Made by a program: the position numbers and the translations under genes. The notes under the pieces were generated by a model. It had not been told where the DNA came from. It saw only the letters and a program-made list of their open reading frames with translations, and searched no databases. Shown piece by piece: positions 9,955-19,662 of a stretch of DNA of 64,000 nt (position 1 is its first letter; every line of letters begins with the position of its first letter). The stretch lies in contig CAVZVA010000011.1 of the NCBI GenBank assembly GCA_963778655.1, positions 32,001 through 96,000 of the forward strand, in the 5' to 3' direction. Source of the DNA: an uncultured delta proteobacterium (GTDB lineage Bacteria > Myxococcota_A > Polyangia > Polyangiales > JAFGIB01).

Positions 9955-11364
9955 ATGAGACACAAGCGAGCCGACCTCAGCTTTGCGGCCGTCGCCCTGC
10001 TCTACTGCGCGTCGATCTGGTGGCCGACGTGCAAGCTCCCGTTCCACTGGGACGGGGCGATGTTCGTGGCCCGGGCCGCGCACGACCTGCTCGCGCGCGA
10101 CTTCTCGCCCTTCGTGCTGCGCTTCTCGGACTTCGCCCATCCTCCGCTGTTCGTGGCTGCGCTGGCATTGGGCTGGAAGGCGCTCGGCAACGGCGTGCTC
10201 GCCGGGCATCTGCTGGTCGCGCCCTTTCTGCCGCTGCTCTTGCTCTCCACCTATGCGGTGGGTGTTCGGCTCTACGGGCGGTCGGTCGCGATCGCAGCGA
10301 CCGCGCTGACCGCCACCGCGCCGGTGGTCGCTGCCGAGTACGGCCAGGTGTACTTCGATCTTCCGCTCGCCGGGCTCTTGATGCTCGGGCTCGCGTTGTG
10401 GCTCGCCGGGCGGCGCTGGACGGCGGCCCTGGTGCTCGGCATCAGCATGGGCATCAAGATCCCCGCGATCGTGTTTCCTTGCGCCCTGCTGGTCGTCGGC
10501 CTGACCCGCCGCGAAGAGCGCGGGCGCCTTTGGCCGCTGGCCACGCCCTTGCTGGTGCTCGTGACCTGGCTGCTCTACCACCACGCGGTCGCCGGCTACT
10601 GGCTCAGCGTGCCGGGACGTCGCGCATACCTACCGCACAGCGTGTGGGGGCTGATCGGCAACTACGGCATGGTCGGCGCGTACGTGCTGGCTCAGAAGCG
10701 CTGGCTGATCGCGCTGCTGGGGCTGCTCGCGAGCCTCGACTTCTGGCGGAGGCGCCGCGCCTGGTCCGAGCTCCCGCGGCTAGACCCGGGAACGCTCACG
10801 CTGGCGACGATCGTGCTCGGAGGCGTGCTGTTCTTCGCGCTCGCGGGCGAGTTCGCGCAACGCTACGGCATCATGTTGTTGCCGGAGACCGCGCTGCTCG
10901 CGGTAGCAGGTCTGCACTTGGTGCTGCGCCCGCGACGGGGCCTGTACTGGGCAGCGATCGCGCTCTGCTGCGGGCTGCAGCTGAGGGATTGGTTGCCTCC
11001 GCAACGACCCGCCACCCATTTCCAGTTCCGGCCTGACGCCGACCTTCACTACCTGGACATGATCGCGCTGGGTCGAGCGACCGCCCAATACATGGAGCGC
11101 GAGCATCCCAATGCGATCGTTTTCGGGAGCTGGCCCGAGCTCTACTGGCTGAGCGAGCCGTACTTCGGCTACGTGCACCGGCCTTTTGCGGTGTTTCCTT
11201 GCAAGCGCTATCGCCCGGATATGCCTGGGGAAAAGCTGATCTTCGGCACCCTCTATGCCCCCGGAGCGCGCACCTGCTGGAAGCTGATCCGAGCGCTCGA
11301 CGCCCGGCCGATCAAGAAGCTCAGCTACGAGGCGAAGTGGGTGCAGATCCACCTCGCTCCGTGA
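9955..11364 (+). CDS. Polytopic membrane glycosyltransferase-like protein (GT-C / GT39-ArnT-like)
   Basis: N-terminal TM followed by HWDG and HPPLF loop motifs, about 10 TM segments and a soluble C-terminal domain. Confidence 0.65.
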   Translation: MRHKRADLSFAAVALLYCASIWWPTCKLPFHWDGAMFVARAAHDLLARDFSPFVLRFSDFAHPPLFVAALALGWKALGNGVLAGHLLVAPFLPLLLLSTYAVGVRLYGRSVAIAATALTATAPVVAAEYGQVYFDLPLAGLLMLGLALWLAGRRWTAALVLGISMGIKIPAIVFPCALLVVGLTRREERGRLWPLATPLLVLVTWLLYHHAVAGYWLSVPGRRAYLPHSVWGLIGNYGMVGAYVLAQKRWLIALLGLLASLDFWRRRRAWSELPRLDPGTLTLATIVLGGVLFFALAGEFAQRYGIMLLPETALLAVAGLHLVLRPRRGLYWAAIALCCGLQLRDWLPPQRPATHFQFRPDADLHYLDMIALGRATAQYMEREHPNAIVFGSWPELYWLSEPYFGYVHRPFAVFPCKRYRPDMPGEKLIFGTLYAPGARTCWKLIRALDARPIKKLSYEAKWVQIHLAP

Positions 11365-11509
11365 CCAACGCTGCACCGCAGCGACTGCACGCGACGGGCT
11401 TGCTCACGTCGCGGTCAGGCACGATCTGCAGGTGCCCGCACCGATCGCAGCGTCGTGCACGCCGCTTGAGCGTGGCATGTGAGACGACCCAGGTGAAGAA
11501 CGGGTTCAC
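11321..11509 (-). CDS. Small zinc-ribbon protein (62 aa; CDRCGH...CSRCG)
   Basis: Two CxxC knuckles; GGGAG RBS about 5 nt before the GTG; 44-nt convergent overlap with the upstream gene. Confidence 0.55.
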   Translation of the reverse strand: MNPFFTWVVSHATLKRRARRCDRCGHLQIVPDRDVSKPVACSRCGAALVTERGGSAPTSPRS

Positions 11510-11759
11510 GTCGGCTCCCGGCGATCTGTAGCACGCCCCGGCCGTCCGGCGACCCCGCGATCGCGCTTGTCAAGAGGTCAGGCACGACCAGAGCCCGGTT
11601 TACCGCGACAATTGCGGCCCGGTGGCGGACAAAGCGGGTTCAGCAAGCACGGAATTGTGCCCAACCCATTGTGAAAAGCGCTGTGGACGCCGCCGCTGCA
11701 CGTGGGACCGCTCTGCCGGGCCCGCCTGCCCGTGGTAGATCGGGCACGCGGAGTGAACC

Positions 11760-11972
11760 ATGGCAAAAGACCTCGGCGTCCGGCTTTCCGAACACTGCGT
11801 GCGCTTCATTCACCAGGAGCTCGCGCGGGGCCGCTTCACTTCGGAGAGCGAAATCATCGAGGCGGCGCTATTGGCGTTCGAAGAGCACGAGGTACGGCGC
11901 GCCCAGCTGCTGGCCGCCTTCGAGCAAGCCGAGCACCACGCCCCCCAGCGCCAGGATCCGCACCGGGCGTAG
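11760..11972 (+). CDS. ParD-like ribbon-helix-helix antitoxin (orphan)
   Basis: VRLSEHCVRFIHQELARGRFTSESEIIEAALLAFEE matches the ParD/CopG pattern (GRY.S.SEVIR.ALR.LE); GGAG RBS upstream. Confidence 0.75.
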   Translation: MAKDLGVRLSEHCVRFIHQELARGRFTSESEIIEAALLAFEEHEVRRAQLLAAFEQAEHHAPQRQDPHRA

Positions 11973-12328
11973 CCGCGGTCTTTCGCACGTGCGCTGCGGC
12001 ACCGGCGCGCCGTGGCGTGGGGCGATCCGGCGGCCGGGGCCTTGCTGGTGCTGGCGATTTTGCCAGGGTCGAGCCTGCCGTGGCAGCACCCGCTCCGGGG
12101 CCGCGCCCTCGCCCGGCAACGGCGCCGGACGCCACGTTACACACAGACCCGTCGGCGTCGCAGAAGACCTGGATGCATTTGTGTATAGCTTGGCCCACTC
12201 AGCGCACCTGCAAGAGCTCAGTTCGAAGAGCAGGTGACCATTGCGAGACGCTCCGGCGACGAAAAGTTCACGAAACCGATCCCGATTCGCAACGTGTCCG
12301 ACGATCGCCTGCTCGAAGATCGCGAGGC

Positions 12329-13192
12329 ATGACACGCATCGCTCACCTATCGGATCTTCACTTGCTCGAAGCCGGCCACCATCAGCGTGATGCGGCCGGC
12401 CGCTTTCGGCTCTCCTACCTCAGCTTCGGCCGCAAGCTCGACGAAGAGGACCGCCGCAGGCGGCTTCGCGCGGCGTTGTGGGCGTACAGGGCTTCTGGCG
12501 CCGAGCATCTCGTTATCACCGGCGACTTGACCGAAGATGGAACGGACGCGCAGTTCGAGGTCTTCGCCTCCGCGCTGTATGATAGCGGAATCGATCCGCG
12601 CGAAGTCACCCTGACCGCCGGCAACCACGATGCCTACCACGATCGCGGTGCGTTCCGCCGGGCCCTGCAGGGTCCGCTTTCGGCATTTGCGGTGAACTGC
12701 GAAGCCGGGGTGCTCACCGTGCTCGGCGACGTGGTGATCGTTCCGATCTCGACCGTGATCGCCCAACCGTTCACGCGCTCAGCCGGCGAGATCTCGCGCG
12801 ACCACCTATCGTGGGTCGAGCACGTGACCTCGAGGTTCCGGCGCGGCAAGAAGGCGATCGCCATCGCGCAGCACCACCAGCCCTACAGCCTGCGGCTCGC
12901 GGCCATGAACTGGATCGACGGGCTGCAGAACCACGGCTCTGCGATGGGGCTGCTACGCCGGCACCAGGAGTTGCACGTGCTGCACGGGCACATGCACCGC
13001 AGCTGCGACCGTGCGATCGCCGGCGACGGGCCCGCCCGTGTGTTCGGTACCACAGCCTGCGTGGATGACCCTACGCCGCTGCGCATCTACGAGGCCTGTG
13101 ACGGCAGGCTCTGGCCGGTTGACCCGCCCAGCTGCTCCACCTCGGATGCGAAGGTGGACGCGGTACGGTCGCTGGTGGCGGCGCGTGTGTAA
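12329..13192 (+). CDS. Calcineurin-like metallophosphoesterase
   Basis: HLSDLH, ITGDLT, AGNHD, QHH, LHGHMH motifs; ATG at 12329 after GAGG. Confidence 0.9.
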   Translation: MTRIAHLSDLHLLEAGHHQRDAAGRFRLSYLSFGRKLDEEDRRRRLRAALWAYRASGAEHLVITGDLTEDGTDAQFEVFASALYDSGIDPREVTLTAGNHDAYHDRGAFRRALQGPLSAFAVNCEAGVLTVLGDVVIVPISTVIAQPFTRSAGEISRDHLSWVEHVTSRFRRGKKAIAIAQHHQPYSLRLAAMNWIDGLQNHGSAMGLLRRHQELHVLHGHMHRSCDRAIAGDGPARVFGTTACVDDPTPLRIYEACDGRLWPVDPPSCSTSDAKVDAVRSLVAARV

Positions 13193-13384
13193 CCCGAGTC
13201 ACGACCGGCGGCCCCGCGGGCGCCTGGGGACCCGGCTCGCCCGGGTCTCAAGTCAATTCGGGCCAGCTCAGGGCTCTTGTGCACGTATCCATGGATAATC
13301 TGGGTTGTTTCAATTCTGTCGCAGAGCTGCCAGCGCGTCGTGACATGCCGCCCCTAGCCTGGGGCAACCACAGCCCAAGGAGCC

Positions 13385-14557
13385 GTGATGACATTGATCT
13401 CGATCCTGCCGTTCCTGTTAGCAGGCATCGGGCTCGTGCTCGGGTGCGTCCAGGTCTGTAGCCTCCTGCGTCATTTCAGAACCGCCGCACCCGTGTGTCG
13501 CACCTGTCCGGGCATTTCCGTCCTCAAGCCACTGTGCGGCGCCGACGACGGGCTCATGTCGAACCTGAAGACGTTCACCACGCTCAACTACCCCAACTAC
13601 GAGCTGCTGCTCGGGGTGCGCGACCGCAGCGACGCTGCCTATCCCTTGGCCTGCCACGCCGCGGCGTGCTGGCCGGGACTGGTGCGCGTGGTGCTTCAGC
13701 GCGGCGAGCCGGGCTGTAATCCCAAGGTCAATCAGCTGATCACCTTGGCCGCGGAGGCCAGGCACGAAATCCTGGTCGTCAGCGACTCCAACATCGCCGT
13801 CGACCCCGGTTACCTAGCGGAAATCGCCGCGAGCTTCGAAGACCCCGAGGTGGGCCTGTTCCTCCATCCGATTGCCGGTATCGGCGAGGTCAGCCTGGGC
13901 GCGCTGCTCGACAACGCCACGCTGTGCTCCGCGGTCAGCCCCGGCATCGTGGCGGCGCAACGGGTCGCGCGCATGCCTTTGGTGGTCGGCAAGTCGATGG
14001 CACTACGACGGCGAGAGCTGCGCGCCATGGGCGGCTTCGAAGCGGTCAAGGACGTGCTGGCCGAGGACTTCGTGGTGGGACGCATCGTCTCCCGTCAGCT
14101 GGGTAAGCGCATCGCAGTCGCCAACCGGGCGGTCGCCAACGTCTCGAGCAAGAAAACGCTGCGCAACTTCGTAGAGCGCTACGTGCGCTGGAGCATCATG
14201 CAGCGCAGGGCCGTGGGCTTGACCCTGTACGCGGCGCAGATCCTCCTTCACCCCATTCCGCTGGCGCTGCTCGGCCTGGCGCTCGCGCCGGGCCGGCGCC
14301 CGCTGGCCGCGCTGCTGCTGTGCTACGCAACCAAGGCCCTGCTGGAGCAGCTCGCGGCCCGCACCGTGCGGCCGGGCGGGCTGCCCTGGCTGGCGTACGC
14401 CGTGCTGCCACTCAAGGATCTGTTGCTGTTCTACGCCTGGCTCTCCGGCTTCCTGCGCAGTGAGGTGAGCTGGCGCGGCAACCGGCTCGAGGTGCTCGAG
14501 GGCACGCGCCTGCTGCCGATCGGCGAGTCCGCGCGGGCGGTCGAGCAGCGGGCCTGA
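13385..14557 (+). CDS. GT21/HpnI-like glycosyltransferase (ceramide glucosyltransferase-like)
   Basis: SVLKPLCG, GCNPKVNQL, VVSDSN, LAEDF, RYVRW, VSWRG motifs; AGGAG RBS. Confidence 0.85.
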   Translation: MMTLISILPFLLAGIGLVLGCVQVCSLLRHFRTAAPVCRTCPGISVLKPLCGADDGLMSNLKTFTTLNYPNYELLLGVRDRSDAAYPLACHAAACWPGLVRVVLQRGEPGCNPKVNQLITLAAEARHEILVVSDSNIAVDPGYLAEIAASFEDPEVGLFLHPIAGIGEVSLGALLDNATLCSAVSPGIVAAQRVARMPLVVGKSMALRRRELRAMGGFEAVKDVLAEDFVVGRIVSRQLGKRIAVANRAVANVSSKKTLRNFVERYVRWSIMQRRAVGLTLYAAQILLHPIPLALLGLALAPGRRPLAALLLCYATKALLEQLAARTVRPGGLPWLAYAVLPLKDLLLFYAWLSGFLRSEVSWRGNRLEVLEGTRLLPIGESARAVEQRA

Positions 14558-14582
14558 GCCCCTGCACAGGCCGCCCCCTGCT

Positions 14583-15986
14583 TCAAAAGCTGAGGGACAG
14601 CAGCGGGGTGAAGTCGGCGCCCGCGCAGCCGGGCGCGCTTCCGCCGCTCATGCCCGGCGTGGGCTCCGGCGCAGGGGCCGGGTTCTTGGCGCAGTCGGGC
14701 AGCGTGAGCCCCGAAACCTGCAACATCCCGGACGCGCTCGGCGCGGACGCGCCGGCCATCACCGCGAGCTCGAGCGACACCTGCAAGCTGTCGTAGCTGC
14801 CCGCGTCGACGCCGTGGACGCCGTAGAGCGACTCCAGGTTGTCCGCGCTGGCGGGCTCGATCGCGCCAGCGTCCAGGGCGATGGACACCTGGCTCAACGC
14901 CCCGCTCTCATCGGGCGCGGCGTCCAGCGTCACCGGCCAGCGCGCGTCGAGCTTGCCGTCCGCCGTGCTCATCTGCAGCGTCCCGTGCAGCCGCAATGTG
15001 CCTGGCACGTTCAAGTCGATCTGGAACACATTTGCATCGAGCAGCGCGCACACCGGGCCGCCGCCGGGCTCGAAGCTCACGCTCACGTCAGCGCTCGTCC
15101 CGTCCTGCCAGGTGGCGCCGGCAGTCTGCACGGAGTTGACCAGATCGACCGCGTCCTGGCCCGAGAACCCCTGCGACGCCGCGTCGAGCGCGATCGGCAG
15201 CCCGCCGTCGTCGCACCCCTCGGCGCCGATCAAGGCCAACACCGCGCCGCCTGCGGCAACCGCCGAGTCGGTGCTCGCGCTGCCGCCCGCGCCGCTCGCG
15301 TGCATCTCCAGCGTGGGCATCAACGAGCCGCGCAGCCCGAGCGGCGAGAAGCCGAGATCGATCGCGACCTGGCTGAGCTCGAAACCAGGGGGCTTGCTCG
15401 AGACGATCTCGAACGCGCCGCCCAGCATCCCGGCCGGAACCTGCAGGTGCAGCGTCGCCCACTGGTCGCTGCTCGCCCGCAGCACGCCGTCGATCTGCTC
15501 GTCGAGCGCACCGCCATCGCTCTTGATCTTGGCGGTCACGTCGATCTCGACCGCATTCAGGCTCTCGCAGCTGGGACCAGCGATGGCGACCTGATTCTCC
15601 GCGCCGCCGCTCGACGCGTGCTGGCTGTACGTCACGTAGCGGGGCTTGGCTCCGGGCTTGGGCGTGACCGTCAGGCTCAGCCTGTGCGTGCCGCTCTCGG
15701 GGCCGTAGCTCACGAATTCCGACGGCTGCCAGCGGATCGAGGTGTCGTGCGTGGAGCCGGCGAAGCTGAGCACGTCGGCGGCGGAGAAACCGAGCGGCGA
15801 CTTCTCTGCGACCGAGCCCAGTGTGGTCGGCGTCGCGTCGCACTGGCCGCCGCCGGCCCCCGCGCCTGTGCCACCACCTTGCTCTGTGTTCGAGGTATCA
15901 CCGCCTCCCATGAACGGATTGCCGGCGCTGGTGCCCGCGCAGGCGCACAGCGCTAGGGCCAACAGGCACAACATGGCTCGACGCAT
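14583..15986 (-). CDS. Hypothetical lipoprotein
   Basis: Signal peptide with ALCAC lipobox, Gly-rich linker, beta-rich body; starts 1 nt after the TIGR02147 gene stop with an AAGGAGG RBS. Confidence 0.75.
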   Translation of the reverse strand: MRRAMLCLLALALCACAGTSAGNPFMGGGDTSNTEQGGGTGAGAGGGQCDATPTTLGSVAEKSPLGFSAADVLSFAGSTHDTSIRWQPSEFVSYGPESGTHRLSLTVTPKPGAKPRYVTYSQHASSGGAENQVAIAGPSCESLNAVEIDVTAKIKSDGGALDEQIDGVLRASSDQWATLHLQVPAGMLGGAFEIVSSKPPGFELSQVAIDLGFSPLGLRGSLMPTLEMHASGAGGSASTDSAVAAGGAVLALIGAEGCDDGGLPIALDAASQGFSGQDAVDLVNSVQTAGATWQDGTSADVSVSFEPGGGPVCALLDANVFQIDLNVPGTLRLHGTLQMSTADGKLDARWPVTLDAAPDESGALSQVSIALDAGAIEPASADNLESLYGVHGVDAGSYDSLQVSLELAVMAGASAPSASGMLQVSGLTLPDCAKNPAPAPEPTPGMSGGSAPGCAGADFTPLLSLSF

Positions 15987-15987
15987 C

Positions 15988-16857
15988 TCAGGCCTCCTTC
16001 ACGCTCAAGGGAAACATCTGCAGATTGACCTGCACCACACGGGTGGAGCTGTCGTCCGCGCAGTAGCGCTGGAGCAGCTCCGCGCGAAAGCTTTCGAGCT
16101 GGGCCTTGAGCTCGGCCATGCGGGGCTCGCTCAGACACAGCGTGACAGAGCCGATCTCGCGTTGCTCGCGCGGCACCCGGTCGAGCGCCTCCGAGGCGCG
16201 CTCCAGCATCGCGCGGTGGTAGCGCACCAGGTGATGGCCGAGCGGACGCTCGGCCGTCTGAACCAGGGCGTCCGCCTGCTGCAGCCGGCCGCTCGGGCCG
16301 CGCACCAGCAACCCCAGCTCGAGCAGCACCGCGATTGCCTGCGCCGCCTCGCGCGGCGCGATCGCGGGCAGCAGCTTGCGCGCGATCCACTGCGGCCGCT
16401 CGTCGAAGTCCGCGCGCGCCGCCAGCTCGCGCACCACGGGGATGTACCAGCACGAGAAGTAGGCCTCCTGTGCGCGATCGAGCCGATGCACCTTGCGGTA
16501 GCGTTTGAAGCGCGACAGCCGCGCGTAGACGCGCTCGCGCTCGGCCGTGCTCTTGGCCTGGTTGTAGGCGACCAGCTCGCAAAAGTACTCGGCGGCCTGG
16601 CCGCGCAGCGAGCAGGACTCGGCGAAACGCTGCGCCATGTCGGCGGTCAGATTGCGGTCGCCGTCCATCACCAGCTTGAGGTAGTTCGAGGAGCGCAGCC
16701 GCGCGCGCTTGGAGAATGCGCGCAGCGAAAACCCGTGTCCGGGCTGCTTGTTCTGCGCGTAAAACGCGCGCAGAAATGCCCGGTAATCGCGAAAGCCGAA
16801 AACGTCGGGCGCTTTCCACACCGGTTCAGGGTGTCGCGCGGGCGTAGCCGGCGCCAC
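15988..16857 (-). CDS. TIGR02147 (DUF4423) family HTH protein
   Basis: DYRAFLRAFY, FSLRAFSKRA, SSNYLKLVMDGDRNL, WYIPVVREL, VQVNLQMFPLS are typical of this family. Confidence 0.85.
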   Translation of the reverse strand: MAPATPARHPEPVWKAPDVFGFRDYRAFLRAFYAQNKQPGHGFSLRAFSKRARLRSSNYLKLVMDGDRNLTADMAQRFAESCSLRGQAAEYFCELVAYNQAKSTAERERVYARLSRFKRYRKVHRLDRAQEAYFSCWYIPVVRELAARADFDERPQWIARKLLPAIAPREAAQAIAVLLELGLLVRGPSGRLQQADALVQTAERPLGHHLVRYHRAMLERASEALDRVPREQREIGSVTLCLSEPRMAELKAQLESFRAELLQRYCADDSSTRVVQVNLQMFPLSVKEA

Positions 16858-16875
16858 TACCAGGAGCCCGAAACC

Positions 16876-16892
16876 GCATACAGCTTGTATGC
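16876..16892. promoter_or_regulatory. Palindromic operator candidate GCATACA-GCT-TGTATGC
   Basis: Perfect 7-bp inverted repeat in an AT-rich promoter region 19 nt upstream of the TIGR02147 start. Confidence 0.55.
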
Positions 16893-17017
16893 AGCAATTT
16901 CATCTATCCATCTGTAATCACATATAAAACAAAAACTTGGCTGCGCATGCCGTCCGCGGATCGCGCGGGTTCTTGTATGCGTCCCCAGGCGCCGCGGACG
17001 GTCGCCGCCAGCCCCGC

Positions 17018-19198
17018 TCAGCCGCTCTCGAACAGCGCCGCGCGCAGCTTGGCCGGCGTGAACGGCGTCGCGCGCAGGCGCACGCCGCAGGCGTTGAACA
17101 CGGCGTTGGCGATCGCCGCCGGCGTGGGTCCGGTCGTGGCCTCGCCAGCGCCGCGCGCGTTGCGATCGGGGCGGTCGAGCAGCACCACCTCGACCTCGGG
17201 CACCTCCTCGAAGCCGAGGATCGGGTAGCTCTGCCAGTCGAGCGAGGTGATGGACTGCGCGTCGAAGCCGACCTGCTCCTTGAGCGTGAAGCTCGCCGCC
17301 TGGATGAAGCCGCCTTCGAGCTGGTTCGAAAGCCCGTCCGGATCGATGATCTGACCCGCGTCGGCCGCGATCACCGCGTGCAGCAGCCGGATCGCGTGGC
17401 TCGCGAGGTCGAGCTCGAGCTCGACGAACACGGCCGCGTAGCACTTGTAGTTCTCGTAGCGCGAGAACGCCATCCCACGGCCGCGCGGCCGCTGCGCGTC
17501 GGCCTGGGCCAGCGCGCCGCGCGCCGCCATGCGCGCCGCAGCCGCCTCGATCACCGCGCGCGCGCGCTCATCCGACAACTGCGCCAGCCGAAAGGCGACC
17601 GGGTCCAACCCGCAGGCCACGGCCAGCTCGTCCATCATCGACTCGATCGCGAACACGTTGGTGTAGGCGCCCAGGCTGCGCAGCGACGAGGTGCGAAGCC
17701 CCGAGCCTCCGGCCAGGTGCTTGACCACACGCTTGTGCGGCACGTCGTACAGCGGGTCGGCGTTACGGTGCACGCCGGCCTGGGGCGCGAGCATCGGGCG
17801 CGGGCGCGGCGCCGGGAACGGCTGCGCGAGCTGCTGCGCCGCCAGCAGCGCCGAGGACTTGCCGCCCGGCATGGCGCGGCCGATGTGCGTGTAGCTGTAC
17901 ACATCGTGGTTGTACGCAAGCAGCTTGCCCTGCGGGTCGACGCTCGCCTGCACGTCGACGCGCATGGCCGGCCCATAGGGCTCGAACGCGTGCTCGTCCT
18001 GGCGCGTCCACTTGAGCAGCAGCGTGCGTCCGGGCAGCGCGCGCGCCAGCAGCGCCGCGTCGAGCGCGACGTCGTCGGCGCCGTTGTGCCCGTAGCAGCC
18101 CGCGCCCTCGCCGAACACCACATGGACCTGGCCGGCGCTCACGCCCAGCACCTGCGAGAGCGCCGCGGCCAGCAACGACACGCCCTGGCTCGCGCACACG
18201 ATCTCGTAGCGGCCACCGTCGTAGCACGCGAGCGCAGCCGAGGGCCCGATCGACGCGTGCATCAGGTAGGGGCGACTGTAGCTCGCCCGCAGCGTGTGCG
18301 CGGCGCCCGCGGGCGTCTCGAGCGGCGGAACCGCCTGCTGCACCGGCACGCCGTTCACCAGCGGATAGCTGCCGATCACGTCCGCCGCCAGCCGCTCGCC
18401 GAGATCCGACTGCGCCGGCAGCGAGGCGCTCAGCTCGAATTGCGTCAGCGCCCGCAACGCCTCGGCCGCCGCCAGCGCCTGCTCCTCGCGCTCGGCCACC
18501 ACGCCGAGAAAGTCGCCGTCGCGTACCACCGCGACCACGCCCGGCAGCCCGCGCACCCGATCGAGATCGGTCGCGAGCACGCGGGCTCCGGGGCTCGGTG
18601 TGCGCACCACGCGCGCGTGCAGCACCCCGGGCGTTGCGCGGTCCTGCACGAAGCGATGGGTCCCGAACACGATGCCGGGCAGGTCGATGCGCTGCGCCGG
18701 CTTGCCCACCAGGCGGTGCGCGCTCGGCGCCTTGGGCTGCGCGGCCATGCTGACGTCGCAATCGAAGCGCGCGCCCGCCATCAGCTCCCAGTAGCTGACG
18801 CCGGCATCGCGCCCGCGAGCCCGCACCATGCCGTCTTCGACGAGCAGCGCCGCGGGCTCGAGCCCGAGCCGCTCGCCGGCGCGCTGCAGCAAATGACGCC
18901 GGGCTTCGGCCGCGGCCTGGCGCACGGCCGCGCCCGAGGTCTCAATCGACATGCTGCCCACGGTCATGAATTCGTTCGGTGCGCGCGCGCTGTCGGCGCC
19001 TTCAACGCGAATGCGCCCGAGCTCGACGTCCAGCTCCTCGGCCGCGATCAGCGCCAGCGCGGTGCGGATGCCCTGTCCGAGCTCGACCTTGCCGCTGCGC
19101 ACGGTGATGGTTCCGCCCGGATCGACGCGAATCCAGTCGTCCAGGTGCGGGTTGAGCTGCACGCTCTGCGGTAGGGCGGCGGCCGGCTGCTCAGTCAT
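17018..19198 (-). CDS. Xanthine dehydrogenase family molybdopterin-binding subunit (nicotinate/isoquinoline dehydrogenase-like)
   Basis: SGKVELGQG, AAEELDV, TVGSMSI, GAGCYGHNG, LRSLGA, NQLEGG, GAGEA motifs. Confidence 0.92.
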   Translation of the reverse strand: MTEQPAAALPQSVQLNPHLDDWIRVDPGGTITVRSGKVELGQGIRTALALIAAEELDVELGRIRVEGADSARAPNEFMTVGSMSIETSGAAVRQAAAEARRHLLQRAGERLGLEPAALLVEDGMVRARGRDAGVSYWELMAGARFDCDVSMAAQPKAPSAHRLVGKPAQRIDLPGIVFGTHRFVQDRATPGVLHARVVRTPSPGARVLATDLDRVRGLPGVVAVVRDGDFLGVVAEREEQALAAAEALRALTQFELSASLPAQSDLGERLAADVIGSYPLVNGVPVQQAVPPLETPAGAAHTLRASYSRPYLMHASIGPSAALACYDGGRYEIVCASQGVSLLAAALSQVLGVSAGQVHVVFGEGAGCYGHNGADDVALDAALLARALPGRTLLLKWTRQDEHAFEPYGPAMRVDVQASVDPQGKLLAYNHDVYSYTHIGRAMPGGKSSALLAAQQLAQPFPAPRPRPMLAPQAGVHRNADPLYDVPHKRVVKHLAGGSGLRTSSLRSLGAYTNVFAIESMMDELAVACGLDPVAFRLAQLSDERARAVIEAAAARMAARGALAQADAQRPRGRGMAFSRYENYKCYAAVFVELELDLASHAIRLLHAVIAADAGQIIDPDGLSNQLEGGFIQAASFTLKEQVGFDAQSITSLDWQSYPILGFEEVPEVEVVLLDRPDRNARGAGEATTGPTPAAIANAVFNACGVRLRATPFTPAKLRAALFESG

Positions 19199-19662
19199 GG
19201 CTCACCTCGCAGCTCGCGCGCGGCGCGCTGCACCGCACGCAGCACCCGGGCGTGGCTGCCGCAGCGGCACAAATTGTCGCGCAGCGCGTGCCGCGCCTCG
19301 GCGTCGCTCGGCCGCGGATTGCGGTCGAGCAACGCCTTGGCCGCGATCAGGATGCCCGCCGTGCAGTAGCCGCACTGCGCGGCGTTCTCGGCGAGGAACG
19401 CGCACTGCAGCGGATGGGGCGCGGCCGGCGAGCCGATGCCTTCCAGCGTCACGATCTCGGCGCCGGCGAGCGCGGAAATCGGCAGGCGGCAGGACATCCG
19501 CGCCTCGCCGTTGACCAACACCGTGCAGCTGCCGCACTGCTCCAGCCCGCAGCCGAGCTTGGCCGCGAGCAAGCCCAGATCGTTGCGCAGCACGTACAAC
19601 AGCGGGGTTTCGGGTGCGGCCCCGACGTCGTGCCGCTCACCATTGACGCGCAACGCGATCAT
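19195..19662 (-). CDS. (2Fe-2S)-binding small subunit of a Mo-hydroxylase
   Basis: KLGCGLEQCGSCTV, QCGYCTAG, NLCRCG; ATG at 19662 overlaps the mocA stop. Confidence 0.93.
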   Translation of the reverse strand: MIALRVNGERHDVGAAPETPLLYVLRNDLGLLAAKLGCGLEQCGSCTVLVNGEARMSCRLPISALAGAEIVTLEGIGSPAAPHPLQCAFLAENAAQCGYCTAGILIAAKALLDRNPRPSDAEARHALRDNLCRCGSHARVLRAVQRAARELRGEP

